DNA of 63,022 bases, counting the filler, from Coriobacteriales bacterium (lineage in GTDB: Bacteria > Actinomycetota > Coriobacteriia > Coriobacteriales > UBA8131), in the NCBI GenBank assembly GCA_031263105.1. It is 4 parts of 4 records of this genome, joined end to end, with 100 filler letters (N's around TTAATTAATTAA, not from the genome) between each part and the next. Parts side by side here need not be neighbours in the genome. Positions count along the whole stretch, not along the records: positions 1 to 16,079 come from JAISGJ010000075.1; 3 more parts are not named here. One strand, 5' to 3'. Within the stretch, counting starts at the first letter, position 1. Each line of letters begins with the position of its first letter. A program made the translations under genes and the position numbers. Under the pieces are notes generated by a model. That model saw only the letters and a list, made by a program, of their open reading frames with translations. It searched no databases and was not told the DNA's origin. Shown one piece after another: positions 1 to 9,763 of the stretch.

Positions 1-50
1 TACGAGATTAGTGACCGTGACTGGAGTTCAGACGTGTGCTCTTCCGATCT
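1..50. other. Illumina TruSeq-type indexed adapter contamination
   Basis: TACGAGAT + 8-nt index TAGTGACC + GTGACTGGAGTTCAGACGTGTGCTCTTCCGATCT. Confidence 0.98.
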
Positions 51-147
51 TTCGGCCTGCGGTCGACCGCTTGCGCGGTCGAGGATCCCTCGGCAGGCTC
101 GGGATGACAGTGGGGGCTCGGGATGACAGTGGGGTGTGAGCAGTAAC
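51..147. mobile_element. Partial GTTAC/GTAAC-family MITE (right part)
   Basis: Near-identical to the right half of the copy at 19036-19342; ends GGGATGACAGTGGGGTGTGAGCAGTAAC. Confidence 0.85.
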
Positions 148-150
148 GTC

Positions 151-169
151 GGGGGGGGGGGGGGGGGGG
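151..169. other. Poly-G run, probable two-colour sequencing artefact
   Basis: 19 consecutive G near the contig start and adapter. Confidence 0.6.
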
Positions 170-279
170 TTGGCACGCAGCCTCCGCTGTCGCCGTCCCT
201 GCTCAATCGTCTGGCAAGTAGGGTACAATGATCGGGGCGACGAACGGTGCCCAGGCGTGTTCCTTTGGCTGGGCCCTAG

Positions 280-438
280 TAGACCGTTCGGCAAATAACT
301 GGCCATTCCGGACGGCCTGTTCTCTGCCATGCTGCGTTGGAGAAGCACGCCGTTACTGCAAGCAGTGCCGCGCTTCTCCGCCTTGCCTGGCAAAGAATAT
401 GCTCGCCCGTAATGGCCAGTTATTTGCCGAACGGTCTA
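280..438. mobile_element. 159-bp MITE with 28-bp perfect terminal inverted repeats, flanked by CTAG
   Basis: TAGACCGTTCGGCAAATAACTGGCCATT (280-307) and its reverse complement (411-438); CTAG at 276-279 and 439-442. Confidence 0.8.
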
Positions 439-464
439 CTAGACACTGTGCGGAGAGGTTGGGT

Positions 465-1286
465 ATGGCGCAGTTCAGCGTCGGCGACATAGAGAGGCTG
501 CTCTTTGAGGCGTATCCGGCGACGGATGCGTTGCCGGAAGACCGCTTTGGGCTGCTCGTCGGCGACCGGGCGGCTCCTGTAAGAAGAGTGGCCATCGCGC
601 TCGACCAGAGCGTCCCTATGGTCGATGCCGCTGCCGCCGCAGGCTGCGACCTGTTGGTGGCGCATCATCCGGGCTTCTTCTCCATAGCTCCCGACAGCTT
701 TTTGAAGGCGGCCTCGGCAGCCACTTCGAGCGGCGCCGTGGTCTATCGGGCTGCACAGAAAGGGGTCGCGCTGCTCGCCATGCACACGAACCTCGACTGC
801 GCCCCTTCGGCGGCGTCCATGCTGCTTGCGCCCGTAGGGCTCGAATACCTCTCCCCGCTCAGACCGAACGGGGCAGGCTCGCTCGGGCAGATAGCGCGAC
901 CGGCGGCGGGACGCGCCTCTCTCCCGTTCGAAGAGCTCGTCGCTGCCTACCGGCACGCCTTCGGCGGCGTCGCCAAGGCCTGGGGCGACCCTGCACGACA
1001 GGTCGCCTCCGTAGCGGTGTGCTCGGGCGGAGCGGGCGAGGTGGTGCCCGACGTGGTGCGGGCAGGCGTCGACTGCTTCGTCACGGGGGAGCTGCGCCAC
1101 CATGAGGCCGTCTGGCTCGCAGACGAGGGCATCGCGCTCATCGAGCTCGGGCACGACGTGTCGGAGGCACCGTATCGCTTCGAGCTGCAAAAGGCGCTCG
1201 TTGCCGCAGGGCTTCCTCCCACTGACACCGTCGTCCTTGAGCCGAGCGCACGTTGGTGGCAGCCGATGCCGCGCCCGTGGGAATGA
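465..1286 (+). CDS. Nif3-like dinuclear metal centre protein (YbgI/GTP cyclohydrolase I type 2 family)
   Basis: GLLVGD, AHHP, MHTNLD, TGELRHH and LGHDVSE motifs; ATG at 465 after GAGAGG. Confidence 0.9.
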   Translation: MAQFSVGDIERLLFEAYPATDALPEDRFGLLVGDRAAPVRRVAIALDQSVPMVDAAAAAGCDLLVAHHPGFFSIAPDSFLKAASAATSSGAVVYRAAQKGVALLAMHTNLDCAPSAASMLLAPVGLEYLSPLRPNGAGSLGQIARPAAGRASLPFEELVAAYRHAFGGVAKAWGDPARQVASVAVCSGGAGEVVPDVVRAGVDCFVTGELRHHEAVWLADEGIALIELGHDVSEAPYRFELQKALVAAGLPPTDTVVLEPSARWWQPMPRPWE

Positions 1287-1341
1287 GGCGCGTGGGAATG
1301 GGGCACAGAGAGACGAGACGCATGGAGACGAGGAGCGCCCG

Positions 1342-2049
1342 ATGAGCGATGCGAACACCCTGCTCGAGATAACGGCAGCCGACTATGCCCTGCTCAAGCT
1401 CAAAAAACGCCTCGACAACCTGCCCCAAAGGGCACGGCTCCTCGAGATCCGCACCAAGCGCGCCGAGGTGGACACCCACGCCGCGCAGGTCGCGCAGATG
1501 CGCACGAGCTGCGACCAGGCCCTCAAGCTCCTGCAGGACGAGGAGGCCATGCTGCGGGAACGCACCCACGAGGTGCAGGCGCAGATCGACAAGACGAACA
1601 ACTACAAGGAGGTCACCGCCCTCACAAACGAGCTCGAAAGCTTTTCCCGGCGCATGGAGAAGATCGAGTTCGACGAGCTCAGGCAGATGGAGCGCTCGGA
1701 CAAGATAAGCCAGGTCGCCGAACAGGCGAGCGCTGCCCTGGCAAGGCTCACGGCACAGGACGAGAAGCTGCTGGCCTCGTATCAGGCACAGGCGGGAACC
1801 ATCCAAAAGGAGGCGGCCCTCACCCAGCGTCTCCGCGAGAAGCTGGCAGCCGACCTGCCACCTGACCTGCTGAAGCGCTACGAGAAGGCCCGCGCGTCAA
1901 AGGGCGGCCAAGGTGCGGCGCATATCGAGGGCAACCATTGCAGCGTCTGTAGCGTGGAACTCACCGAAGGCCAGCTCGGCAAGCTCAGGAACGGGGGCGA
2001 GATCGGCGAGTGCCCCCATTGCCACCGCCTGCTGGTGGTGGACGCATGA
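1342..2049 (+). CDS. Coiled-coil protein with C4 zinc ribbon (DUF164/CT398 family)
   Basis: Long coiled coil then CSVC...CPHC; conserved actinobacterial order nif3-Zn ribbon-rnh. Confidence 0.88.
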   Translation: MSDANTLLEITAADYALLKLKKRLDNLPQRARLLEIRTKRAEVDTHAAQVAQMRTSCDQALKLLQDEEAMLRERTHEVQAQIDKTNNYKEVTALTNELESFSRRMEKIEFDELRQMERSDKISQVAEQASAALARLTAQDEKLLASYQAQAGTIQKEAALTQRLREKLAADLPPDLLKRYEKARASKGGQGAAHIEGNHCSVCSVELTEGQLGKLRNGGEIGECPHCHRLLVVDA

Positions 2050-2549
2050 CCCCGCAGCCTTCGATAGAGCACGCACTGCTCAACACCGACGGCGGAAGCC
2101 GTGGCAACCCCGGCATCAGCGGCATCGGCTTCACGATACGCGTCGACGACGGACGCGGCCTTGCGACCGTCTGCCGTGGCGGGGCCTACATCGGCAGGGC
2201 GACGAACAACGTGGCCGAGTACCGCGCGCTCATCTGGGGGCTGCGCAACGCCCTTGCGCTCAAGGTGCGTCGAATCGACGTCCATGCGGACAGCGAGCTG
2301 CTCGTCAAACAGCTGCGGGGCGAGTACCGGGTAAAGAACGCGGGGATAAAACCGTTGTTCGGCGAGGCCAGACAGCTGCTCGCAGGCTTTGAGTCCCATC
2401 GCATCACACACGTCTACCGCGAGCAGAACAGCGCGGCCGACACGCTTGCGAACGAGGCGATGGACCTGCAAAGCATGGTGGGCGACTATGCCGTCGGCTA
2501 TGAGGCAGCCGAGCTGTTCGACCCAGCGGACGGAAAGGAACGACAATGA
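2046..2549 (+). CDS. rnhA: Ribonuclease HI
   Basis: TDGGSRGNPG, TNNVAEY, DSELLVKQ and NSAADTLAN motifs. Confidence 0.92.
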   Translation: MTPQPSIEHALLNTDGGSRGNPGISGIGFTIRVDDGRGLATVCRGGAYIGRATNNVAEYRALIWGLRNALALKVRRIDVHADSELLVKQLRGEYRVKNAGIKPLFGEARQLLAGFESHRITHVYREQNSAADTLANEAMDLQSMVGDYAVGYEAAELFDPADGKERQ

Positions 2550-3010
2550 CCACGACAGACACGGGCACGGGCACGGAGGCGGAAGCGGCAGACACGGAGG
2601 AGGCGGGCGCAGGGGCGACGGGCGGGCGCACGACAGGCACGGGCACCTACACCCTGACGATAAAGGAGCATTTCGATGCGGCACATGCCCTCGTCGGTTA
2701 TCCGGGGCAATGCCGGAACCTCCACGGGCACACCTGGGACGTCGAGGCAAGCGTGCGCGGCACCGAGCTCGACGAGGTGGGCATCGTCTACGACTTCCAA
2801 GCGCTCAAGCACCATCTCACAAGCGTCCTTGACCGCTACGACCACGCATACCTCAACGAGGTGCCGCCCTTCGACGCCATCAATGCGACGGCGGAGAACC
2901 TCGCGCGCGTGATCTTCGACCAGATAGAGGCGCTGCTGCCCGCAGGCGTGACCTTGGTCGAGGTCGCCGTCTGGGAGTCCCCTATCGCGCGGCTGGCCTA
3001 TACGAGGTGA
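2546..3010 (+). CDS. queD: 6-carboxytetrahydropterin synthase
   Basis: FDAAH, CRNLHGH, DHAYLN, TAENLA and WES motifs. Confidence 0.9.
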   Translation: MTTTDTGTGTEAEAADTEEAGAGATGGRTTGTGTYTLTIKEHFDAAHALVGYPGQCRNLHGHTWDVEASVRGTELDEVGIVYDFQALKHHLTSVLDRYDHAYLNEVPPFDAINATAENLARVIFDQIEALLPAGVTLVEVAVWESPIARLAYTR

Positions 3011-4353
3011 GTGCCGAGATGACGTTGGCGGAGGTGGAGGCGGAGGCACCGAAGATGGGCCCGACGGTCCTCCTCGGAGTGACGGGATGCGTTGCCGCCT
3101 ACAAGGCATGCGAGGTCGTGCGCCTGCTCCAGAAGGCAGGCATACGCGTAAAGGTGGTGATGACGCCTGCGGGCGCAGAGTTCGTCACGCCGACGACCTT
3201 CAGGGCCCTGACGCACACCGAGGTCGCCTTGGCCCCCGTGGACGACGCAGGCGCGCCCGTCCACCACATCTCGCTTGCCCAAGAGGCGGACGTGTTCCTC
3301 ATCGCACCTGCAACGGCGAACACCCTCAACAAGCTGGCAGGCGGAATCGCCGACAACCTCCTCACCACCACGGCGCTCGCGACAAGGGCGCCCCTGCTCG
3401 TCGCCCCCGCGATGAACGTGCGCATGTGGCGCGACGAGACCACCCAGGCCTCCCTCGGGCGCCTGCGCGAACGGGGCGTCGCCATCATCGAGCCCGAGGC
3501 GGGCTACCTTGCCTGCGGCGAGATCGGCGAGGGGCGCCTGGCGCCTGTCGAGGAGATCGTCGCATGGGTGCTGGAGGAGTGCAGGCGCGCGCACGACCTA
3601 GAAGGGCGGCGCATCCTCGTGACCGCCGGCGCGACCCGCGAGCACCTCGACCCGGTACGCTTCGTCTCCAACCCCTCAAGCGGCAGGACCGGCTACGCCA
3701 TCGCCGAGGAGGCGGCGCGGCGCGGCGCCGACGTGGTGCTCGTCAGCGGGCCCACAACGCTGCCCGACCCCTTTGGGTGCACGGTCGTCCGCGTGACGAG
3801 CGCCCTTGAGATGCTCGCGGCGGCCGAGGCGGCCTTCGCGGGCGGGGTGTCAGGCAAGCCGGATGAATGCGACAGGGCGGGCGAGACGCCGGATGAGTGC
3901 GGGCGGGCGGGCGGGGCAGCGCCCCTCGCTGCCGCTGCGCCGCACGCCTTCGATGCCGCCATATTCACGGCCGCAGTCGCAGACTTCCGCCCTGCGAACC
4001 CCCAAGAGCACAAACTGAAGAAGGGGGAGCAGGAAGGGGGCCTCACGCTGCACCTTGTCCCCAACCCCGACATCCTCAAGACGCTCGCCCAAAACAGGGG
4101 AGGCGCCCTCATTGTGGGGTTTGCCGCCGAGACGCGCGAGGTCGTCGCCTCCGCACAACGCAAGCTCCACGAGAAAGGCGCCGACCTCATAGTCGCGAAC
4201 GACGTGTCGTCAGCCGCGCTCGGCTTCGCAAGCACGCACAACCGCTGGCACTTCGTCGCGGACACAGGGGTCGAGACCACCGACGTGCTCCACAAGCGCA
4301 CGCTTGCCTGCCTGCTGCTGGACCGACTGACACGCGCACTGGCCGCACGCTGA
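3007..4353 (+). CDS. coaBC: Phosphopantothenoylcysteine decarboxylase/ligase
   Basis: APATAN, PAMN, GYLACG, DPVRFVSNPSSG, AAVADF and GFAAET motifs. Confidence 0.96.
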   Translation: MSAEMTLAEVEAEAPKMGPTVLLGVTGCVAAYKACEVVRLLQKAGIRVKVVMTPAGAEFVTPTTFRALTHTEVALAPVDDAGAPVHHISLAQEADVFLIAPATANTLNKLAGGIADNLLTTTALATRAPLLVAPAMNVRMWRDETTQASLGRLRERGVAIIEPEAGYLACGEIGEGRLAPVEEIVAWVLEECRRAHDLEGRRILVTAGATREHLDPVRFVSNPSSGRTGYAIAEEAARRGADVVLVSGPTTLPDPFGCTVVRVTSALEMLAAAEAAFAGGVSGKPDECDRAGETPDECGRAGGAAPLAAAAPHAFDAAIFTAAVADFRPANPQEHKLKKGEQEGGLTLHLVPNPDILKTLAQNRGGALIVGFAAETREVVASAQRKLHEKGADLIVANDVSSAALGFASTHNRWHFVADTGVETTDVLHKRTLACLLLDRLTRALAAR

Positions 4354-4378
4354 GGCGCGAGACGTCGAGGACGCCGCT

Positions 4379-4497
4379 CCTATGGGCCACCCGGCCACGA
4401 GGGCGGCAAGCGTGGGCAACGGCGCGGAAACCAACACCGGTGCCTATGGGCCACCCGGCCCGCAAGGGCGGCAAGGGGCAGCAACAAGGGCGGCAAG
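4379..4497. repeat. Two ~32-bp imperfect direct repeats plus a partial third
   Basis: CCTATGGGCCACCCGGCC..GGGCGGCAAG at 4379-4410 and 4443-4475; CAAGGGCGGCAAG at 4485-4497. Confidence 0.75.
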
Positions 4498-4528
4498 TGA
4501 GGTCTGTGCGATAGCTTTTGTCAGGGTT

Positions 4529-4537
4529 TGCTATACT
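4529..4537 (+). promoter_or_regulatory. Extended -10 promoter of the histidine kinase gene
   Basis: TGCTATACT about 40 bp before the start codon. Confidence 0.55.
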
Positions 4538-4575
4538 GGACAGGTTGTTCTTAAGACCGCCTTGCCTGATAGCTG

Positions 4576-7146
4576 GTGAACAGGGGAACAGAGCCATTGG
4601 AACAAATTAAGGCATATATCAGAAGGATCGTGCTGTCCGACGAACTGACGTTCAACGAGCGCATCGTGAACATGGTCTGCCTGGTAGGAACCGCGTCGCT
4701 CCTGTTGTCGGCTGTCACCCGGGCGCTTTTGGGGGCGACCCTGACGGTCAATATCCTCACCTTCACCTTCTGCTTCGTCGGGGCGTTCTTCATCTATCTG
4801 ACAAACCGGTACCACCTGTACAAGGTGACGCTTTGGATCCTGATTGTCGTAATATGCGACATCCTCCTGCCGACCCTGTTCTTCTTCATCGGCGGGGCGG
4901 ACAGCGGAATCGCAGCCTTCGTCGTCATGAGCTCCACCTGCATCTTCCTGCTCTTGGAGGGGAAGCCGCGCATCATCATGCTCGCGATCCACCTGGCACT
5001 GATGGCGGGCTGCTTCGTCCTTGCTGCCTATCATCCTGAGCTGGTGGTTCCACTCGACCCCCGAAAACCCCTGCTACAGGCGCTCGACAACATCCAGTGC
5101 TTTGTCGTCTCCATAGTCTTCGTCGGCCTGGCCATCGTGTTCCAACGCCATATGTACTCGCAGGAACGGCGCAAGGTCGAGCGGGCCAAGGCAGAGCTCG
5201 AGAGCGAGCAGCAGGTCTCGTCCGCGTTCTTCAACTCGAACCCCCATATCAACGTACTGTTCGACGACAAGCTCCGGCCCATCAACTTCAATCCCACCGC
5301 CCTCAGCTTCGCGGGCAGCATAGGCAGCGAGGAGGAACTGAGGCACAACCTCTCCCCCTTGCTCGCCAAAGTGATACCGGAGGTCCAGCCGAACGGCAGG
5401 CCCTCTGCCGACGTGGAGACCTGGCTGAGGAGAACGCTGAAAGAGGGGGAGGTGAGCTTTGAGACGACCTTCATCCTGCGGGGCGTCGAGCACAACATCT
5501 CTGTGATGATGAAACGCATCCCCTATGCCGACAGCGTCGCTGTCGTCGCCTACCTGGTCGACAACAGCGAGTTCTACCGGATGCGCCGCGAGGCGCTCCT
5601 CAGCGCCCGGGCAAAGAGCGAGTTCCTCGCCAACATGAGCCACGAGATACGCACGCCGCTCAACGCCGTCATCAGCATGAACTCCATCGGCAGGGCGGCC
5701 GCAGACGTCGAGCGCAAGGACTACGCCTTCGACCAGATCGGAACCGCCGCCGACCATCTGCTCGGCATCATAAACGACATCCTCGACATGTCCAAGATCG
5801 AGGCGAACAAGCTCGAGCTCGACAAGAAGGCCTTTAACGTGGAGGACGTGCTGCGCCGTGTGGCGAACGTCATCAGCTTCAAGACGAGCGAGAAGCACCA
5901 GCAGTTCACCTTCGACATCGACGACAGCATGCCCGTCGGGATCGTCTCCGACGACCTGCGTCTGACACAGGTCATCACCAACCTGCTCTCCAACGCGGTG
6001 AAGTTCACGCCCGAACACGGCTCCATCGAGGTGTCGGCCAGGGCGCTGGAGCAGAAGGGCTCCCGGTGCACGCTGGAGTTCTCTGTCCGAGACACCGGAA
6101 TCGGCATCCCCGAGGAGAACCTGGAGCGCATCTTCCATTCGTTCGAGCAGGTGGAGAGCAGCACGGCACGCAAGTTCGGCGGCACGGGGCTCGGGCTGAC
6201 CATCTCGGCGAAGTTCGTCGAGCTGATGGGGGGCGCATTCACGGTCGTCTCCGAACCAGGGAAGGGCTCGACGTTCTCCTTCACCGTCAAGGTGGAACAG
6301 ACGGAAAGCGTGCCCGGCATACCGCTTGACCCCACTATCGACCCTGCCAAGCTCCGCTGCCTGGTGGTCGGCAGCGAGGATGCCTCGCTCGAAAGCTGCG
6401 GGCGCATCGTCAGGGGCGTCGGCACCCCCTGTGACCTCGCATGCGGCAGAGAGCAGGTACAGCGGCTCCTTGCACAGGGCCGCTATGACCTCTGCCTCGT
6501 CAACTGGCGCACCGGCAGCGAGAAGGAAGGAGGCTGCGCCGACCTGGTGCGGCATCTGAAGGAGAACAACCTCGTCGACCATGTGGTGATAGCCATCTAC
6601 CCCTTCGAGCTGGCAGAGGCAGAGGGGCAGCACACGATAGACACCCGGGACTGCTACCTCACCAAGCCCTTGTTCCGCAGCGACTACGTCGCGCTTCTCA
6701 ACGACCTCTACGGCGAGTCCCCCTCCAAGGGACAGGCCGAGCCCTTGGAGGAGGAACAGGACTTCTCCGGAGTCAGGATACTGCTCGCCGAGGACATGGA
6801 CGTCAACAAGGAGATCGTCTGTGCGCTGTTCGAGCCTTTGGGCTTCGAGATAGACTGGGCAAAGAACGGGCTGGAGGCCGTGGAGATGTTCGCAGGCGAC
6901 CCCAGCAGCTACGACCTGATACTCATGGACATGCAGATGCCCGAGATGGACGGGCTGGAGGCGACCCGCCAGATACGCTCCCTGAGCGACTACCGGGCCC
7001 GCAAGGTGCCGATCATCGCCTTGACCGCAAACGTGTTCAAGGAGGATATCGACAACAGCCTTGCCGCCGGCATGAACGACCACATCGGCAAGCCGCTCGA
7101 CTTCGACGAGGCGCTCGGCAAGATTGCCCGCCATCTCAAGAGCTGA
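4576..7146 (+). CDS. Membrane hybrid sensor histidine kinase (6 TM, PAS-like, HisKA, HATPase, degenerate and intact receivers)
   Basis: FLANMSHEIRTPLN, NLLSNAVKFT, DTGIGI, GGTGLGL and DLILMDMQMPEMDG. Confidence 0.93.
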   Translation: MNRGTEPLEQIKAYIRRIVLSDELTFNERIVNMVCLVGTASLLLSAVTRALLGATLTVNILTFTFCFVGAFFIYLTNRYHLYKVTLWILIVVICDILLPTLFFFIGGADSGIAAFVVMSSTCIFLLLEGKPRIIMLAIHLALMAGCFVLAAYHPELVVPLDPRKPLLQALDNIQCFVVSIVFVGLAIVFQRHMYSQERRKVERAKAELESEQQVSSAFFNSNPHINVLFDDKLRPINFNPTALSFAGSIGSEEELRHNLSPLLAKVIPEVQPNGRPSADVETWLRRTLKEGEVSFETTFILRGVEHNISVMMKRIPYADSVAVVAYLVDNSEFYRMRREALLSARAKSEFLANMSHEIRTPLNAVISMNSIGRAAADVERKDYAFDQIGTAADHLLGIINDILDMSKIEANKLELDKKAFNVEDVLRRVANVISFKTSEKHQQFTFDIDDSMPVGIVSDDLRLTQVITNLLSNAVKFTPEHGSIEVSARALEQKGSRCTLEFSVRDTGIGIPEENLERIFHSFEQVESSTARKFGGTGLGLTISAKFVELMGGAFTVVSEPGKGSTFSFTVKVEQTESVPGIPLDPTIDPAKLRCLVVGSEDASLESCGRIVRGVGTPCDLACGREQVQRLLAQGRYDLCLVNWRTGSEKEGGCADLVRHLKENNLVDHVVIAIYPFELAEAEGQHTIDTRDCYLTKPLFRSDYVALLNDLYGESPSKGQAEPLEEEQDFSGVRILLAEDMDVNKEIVCALFEPLGFEIDWAKNGLEAVEMFAGDPSSYDLILMDMQMPEMDGLEATRQIRSLSDYRARKVPIIALTANVFKEDIDNSLAAGMNDHIGKPLDFDEALGKIARHLKS

Positions 7147-7238
7147 ATTTCCCGTTGCGCTCCGTGCCGACGGAGCTATGGCCTATAATGGAGCCGATGG
7201 ACAGACGTGTCGTATCCCACTAGAAAGGGGTCACCACC

Positions 7239-7565
7239 ATGGCAGGCTTTCCGGATCCGTATGCTGGCTCCAACCCTCCCAAGCTGACAAAGGCCGACCT
7301 TATCCAGGCCGTCCGTCTCGACATCGTCGGCGAGCTCGAGGCGATGTTCCTCTATGACGCGCACTCCCAGGCGACCGACGACCCTGTGGCCAAGAAGGTC
7401 CTCGCCGACATCCGCGACGAGGAGCGCGAGCATATGGGCGAGCTCATCACGCTGCTGCGCTATCTGGCGCCCGACGAGCTCGACCTGTTCTTGGAAGGCC
7501 AGGGCGAGGTCACCGAGATGATGGAGGAGCTCGGCATCGAGTTCAAGGCACCCGAGGGCAAGTAA
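7239..7565 (+). CDS. Small ferritin-like/rubrerythrin-family protein
   Basis: ELEA..LY and IRDEEREH di-iron motifs. Confidence 0.8.
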   Translation: MAGFPDPYAGSNPPKLTKADLIQAVRLDIVGELEAMFLYDAHSQATDDPVAKKVLADIRDEEREHMGELITLLRYLAPDELDLFLEGQGEVTEMMEELGIEFKAPEGK

Positions 7566-7628
7566 GGGGCACCGACCAGCGCGCAGAACGGGCGGGGACG
7601 GGCGGCGCGGGAACAGATAGGGACACAC

Positions 7629-8969
7629 ATGGAGCTCACGCCCGAGAAGGACTACGTCCTCAAATCCATACAGAGCAACGACATCCACTTCATCCGGTTC
7701 TGGTTCACGGATGTCCTCGGATCGCTCAAGTCGTTCGCGGTCACGCCCTCGGAGATCGAGACCGCCTTTGACGAGGGGATGGGCTTCGACGGCTCGTCCA
7801 TCGAGGGCTTCTCCCGTATCCAAGAGTCCGACATGCTCGCCTTCCCGGACGCATCGACGTTCCAGGCACTGCCGTGGCGGCCAGCGGAGAACGGCGTCGC
7901 CCGCATGTTCTGCGACATACGCACGCCGGAGGACGAGCCGTTCGAAGGCGACCCGCGCCATGCGCTCAAACGCATGCTCAAGAAGGCGGCCGACCAGGGC
8001 TTCGTCATGAACGTCGGCCCCGAGCTGGAGTTCTTCTACTTCGCGGACCAGGAGACGACCGTCCCGCTCGACAACGGCGGCTACTTCGACCTCACACCGC
8101 TCGACCTTGCCAGCGACATCCGACGCGACACGGTGCTCTCGCTCGAGAACATGGGGATCCCGGTGGAGTACTCCCATCACGAGGTCGCGCCGTCCCAACA
8201 CGAGATCGACCTGCGCTACGACGATGCGCTCTCCATGGCCGACGCGGTGATGACCTACCGCCTCGTGGTCAAGGAGGTCGCGATGCAGCACGGCGCCTAC
8301 GCGACCTTCATGCCCAAGCCCATCAGCGACCAGAACGGCAACGGCATGCACGTGCACCAGTCGCTGTTCACCGAGGAGGGGGACAACGCCTTCTTCGACA
8401 CAGACGACCCGCAGGGCTACAACCTCTCCCCCCTCGCAAAGAGCTACATCGCCGGCATACTCAAGTACGCGCCGGAGTTCACGGCCATCACCAACCAGTT
8501 CGTCAACTCCTACAAGCGCCTCGTGCCCGGCTACGAGGCCCCTGTCTATGTGACCTGGGCGCGGCGCAACCGCTCCGCCCTGGTGCGCGTGCCGCTGTAC
8601 AAGCCCGGCAAAGAGCAGGCGACACGCATCGAGGTGCGCAGCCCCGACCCCTCGTGCAACCCCTACCTCGCCTTCGCGGTCATGCTCGGCGCGGGCCTGG
8701 CCGGCATCGAGGAAGGGCTTGCCCTGCCCCCCGAGTTCACCTTGAACGCCTTTGCGCTGAGCGCCGAGGAGCGTGCGCAGGCAGGGATCGCGACACTGCC
8801 GGAGAACCTCGGGGCCGCCATCGATGCCTTTGAGCGCTCCACGCTCATGCGCGACGTCCTCGGCGAGCATATCCATAGTTACGTCGTGCGCAACAAGCGC
8901 GCCGAATGGGCCGAGTACGGCGCCTATGTCACCGATTGGGAGCTTTCCCGCTATCTTGCGACCCTGTAG
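7629..8969 (+). CDS. glnA: Glutamine synthetase type I
   Basis: FDGSSIEG, HHEVAPSQHEI, TFMPKP, GNGMHVHQS, NSYKRLVPGYEAP and RIEVRSPD. Confidence 0.96.
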   Translation: MELTPEKDYVLKSIQSNDIHFIRFWFTDVLGSLKSFAVTPSEIETAFDEGMGFDGSSIEGFSRIQESDMLAFPDASTFQALPWRPAENGVARMFCDIRTPEDEPFEGDPRHALKRMLKKAADQGFVMNVGPELEFFYFADQETTVPLDNGGYFDLTPLDLASDIRRDTVLSLENMGIPVEYSHHEVAPSQHEIDLRYDDALSMADAVMTYRLVVKEVAMQHGAYATFMPKPISDQNGNGMHVHQSLFTEEGDNAFFDTDDPQGYNLSPLAKSYIAGILKYAPEFTAITNQFVNSYKRLVPGYEAPVYVTWARRNRSALVRVPLYKPGKEQATRIEVRSPDPSCNPYLAFAVMLGAGLAGIEEGLALPPEFTLNAFALSAEERAQAGIATLPENLGAAIDAFERSTLMRDVLGEHIHSYVVRNKRAEWAEYGAYVTDWELSRYLATL

Positions 8970-8979
8970 ACTGTAGTCC

Positions 8980-9714
8980 ATGGAAAACCTGTTCGAGGGC
9001 GCGCCTTGGCATGCGCCTTGGCTTACGATCATCGCCGGGCATTACGGAGTCGGCAAGACCAACCTGTCGCTCAATGCGGTGCGCGACCTGCGCTGCCATG
9101 CCCCGCGCGACCTGCGTCCCACGCGCGTCACGCTCGTCGACCTCGACATCGTGAACCCGTACTTTCGCTCGACGGACAACCGGGCGTTCCTTGAGGCCCA
9201 TGGCATCGAGGTCCTCGGGCCCGTGCACGGGGCCACCAACCTCGACACGCCCTCGCTCTCGCCGGGCATCGACGAGGCGATACGAAGCGCAGGGGCACAA
9301 CATGCCGTGCTTGTCGACGTCGGTGGCGACGCGGACGGCGCACGTGCGCTCGGACGCTTTGCGGCGACCGTCGCCGCACGCCCCTACCGGATGGTGTTCG
9401 TCGTGAACCTGAGCAGGCCGGAGACGGCCTCCGTCGCCGCGAACCTCGAACTCCTCCACGACATAGAGGCTGCTTCGAGGCTTGTGGCCGGGGAGGTGTT
9501 CGGCAACACCCATCTCAAGGAGCTCACGACGGCCAGCGACATCGTTGCCGCCGCCGCCAGCACCCGCGCCGTCGCCGAGGCGGCCGCCCTCCCGCTCACC
9601 GGCGTCACCGCGCCCCGCGCCCTCGCCGCCGAGGTGGCTGCACGCCTCCCCGACGTCCCTGTCTACCCCATCGACCCCATCGTCGCGACTCCGTGGGAGA
9701 GGCAGACAAGGTAG
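8980..9714 (+). CDS. P-loop ATP-binding protein (CobQ/MinD-like, uncharacterised)
   Basis: GHYGVGKT Walker A, DLDIVNPYFRS and DVGGD motifs. Confidence 0.75.
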   Translation: MENLFEGAPWHAPWLTIIAGHYGVGKTNLSLNAVRDLRCHAPRDLRPTRVTLVDLDIVNPYFRSTDNRAFLEAHGIEVLGPVHGATNLDTPSLSPGIDEAIRSAGAQHAVLVDVGGDADGARALGRFAATVAARPYRMVFVVNLSRPETASVAANLELLHDIEAASRLVAGEVFGNTHLKELTTASDIVAAAASTRAVAEAAALPLTGVTAPRALAAEVAARLPDVPVYPIDPIVATPWERQTR

Positions 9715-9763
9715 ACAGGGGGGATGTGAGCGGTGACCTTTGTGCTGCTTTTGTGCTGTGCGC

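Noticed and set aside
228..464. N-terminal extension of Nif3 in the ORF track
   Set aside because: It is read-through of the MITE; the domain and RBS begin at 465.
4379..4497. Mini-CRISPR
   Set aside because: Only two imperfect repeats, no AT-rich leader and no cas genes.
7239..7565. Encapsulin cargo system
   Set aside because: A ferritin-like protein is present, but there is no adjacent encapsulin gene and no clear cargo-loading peptide.
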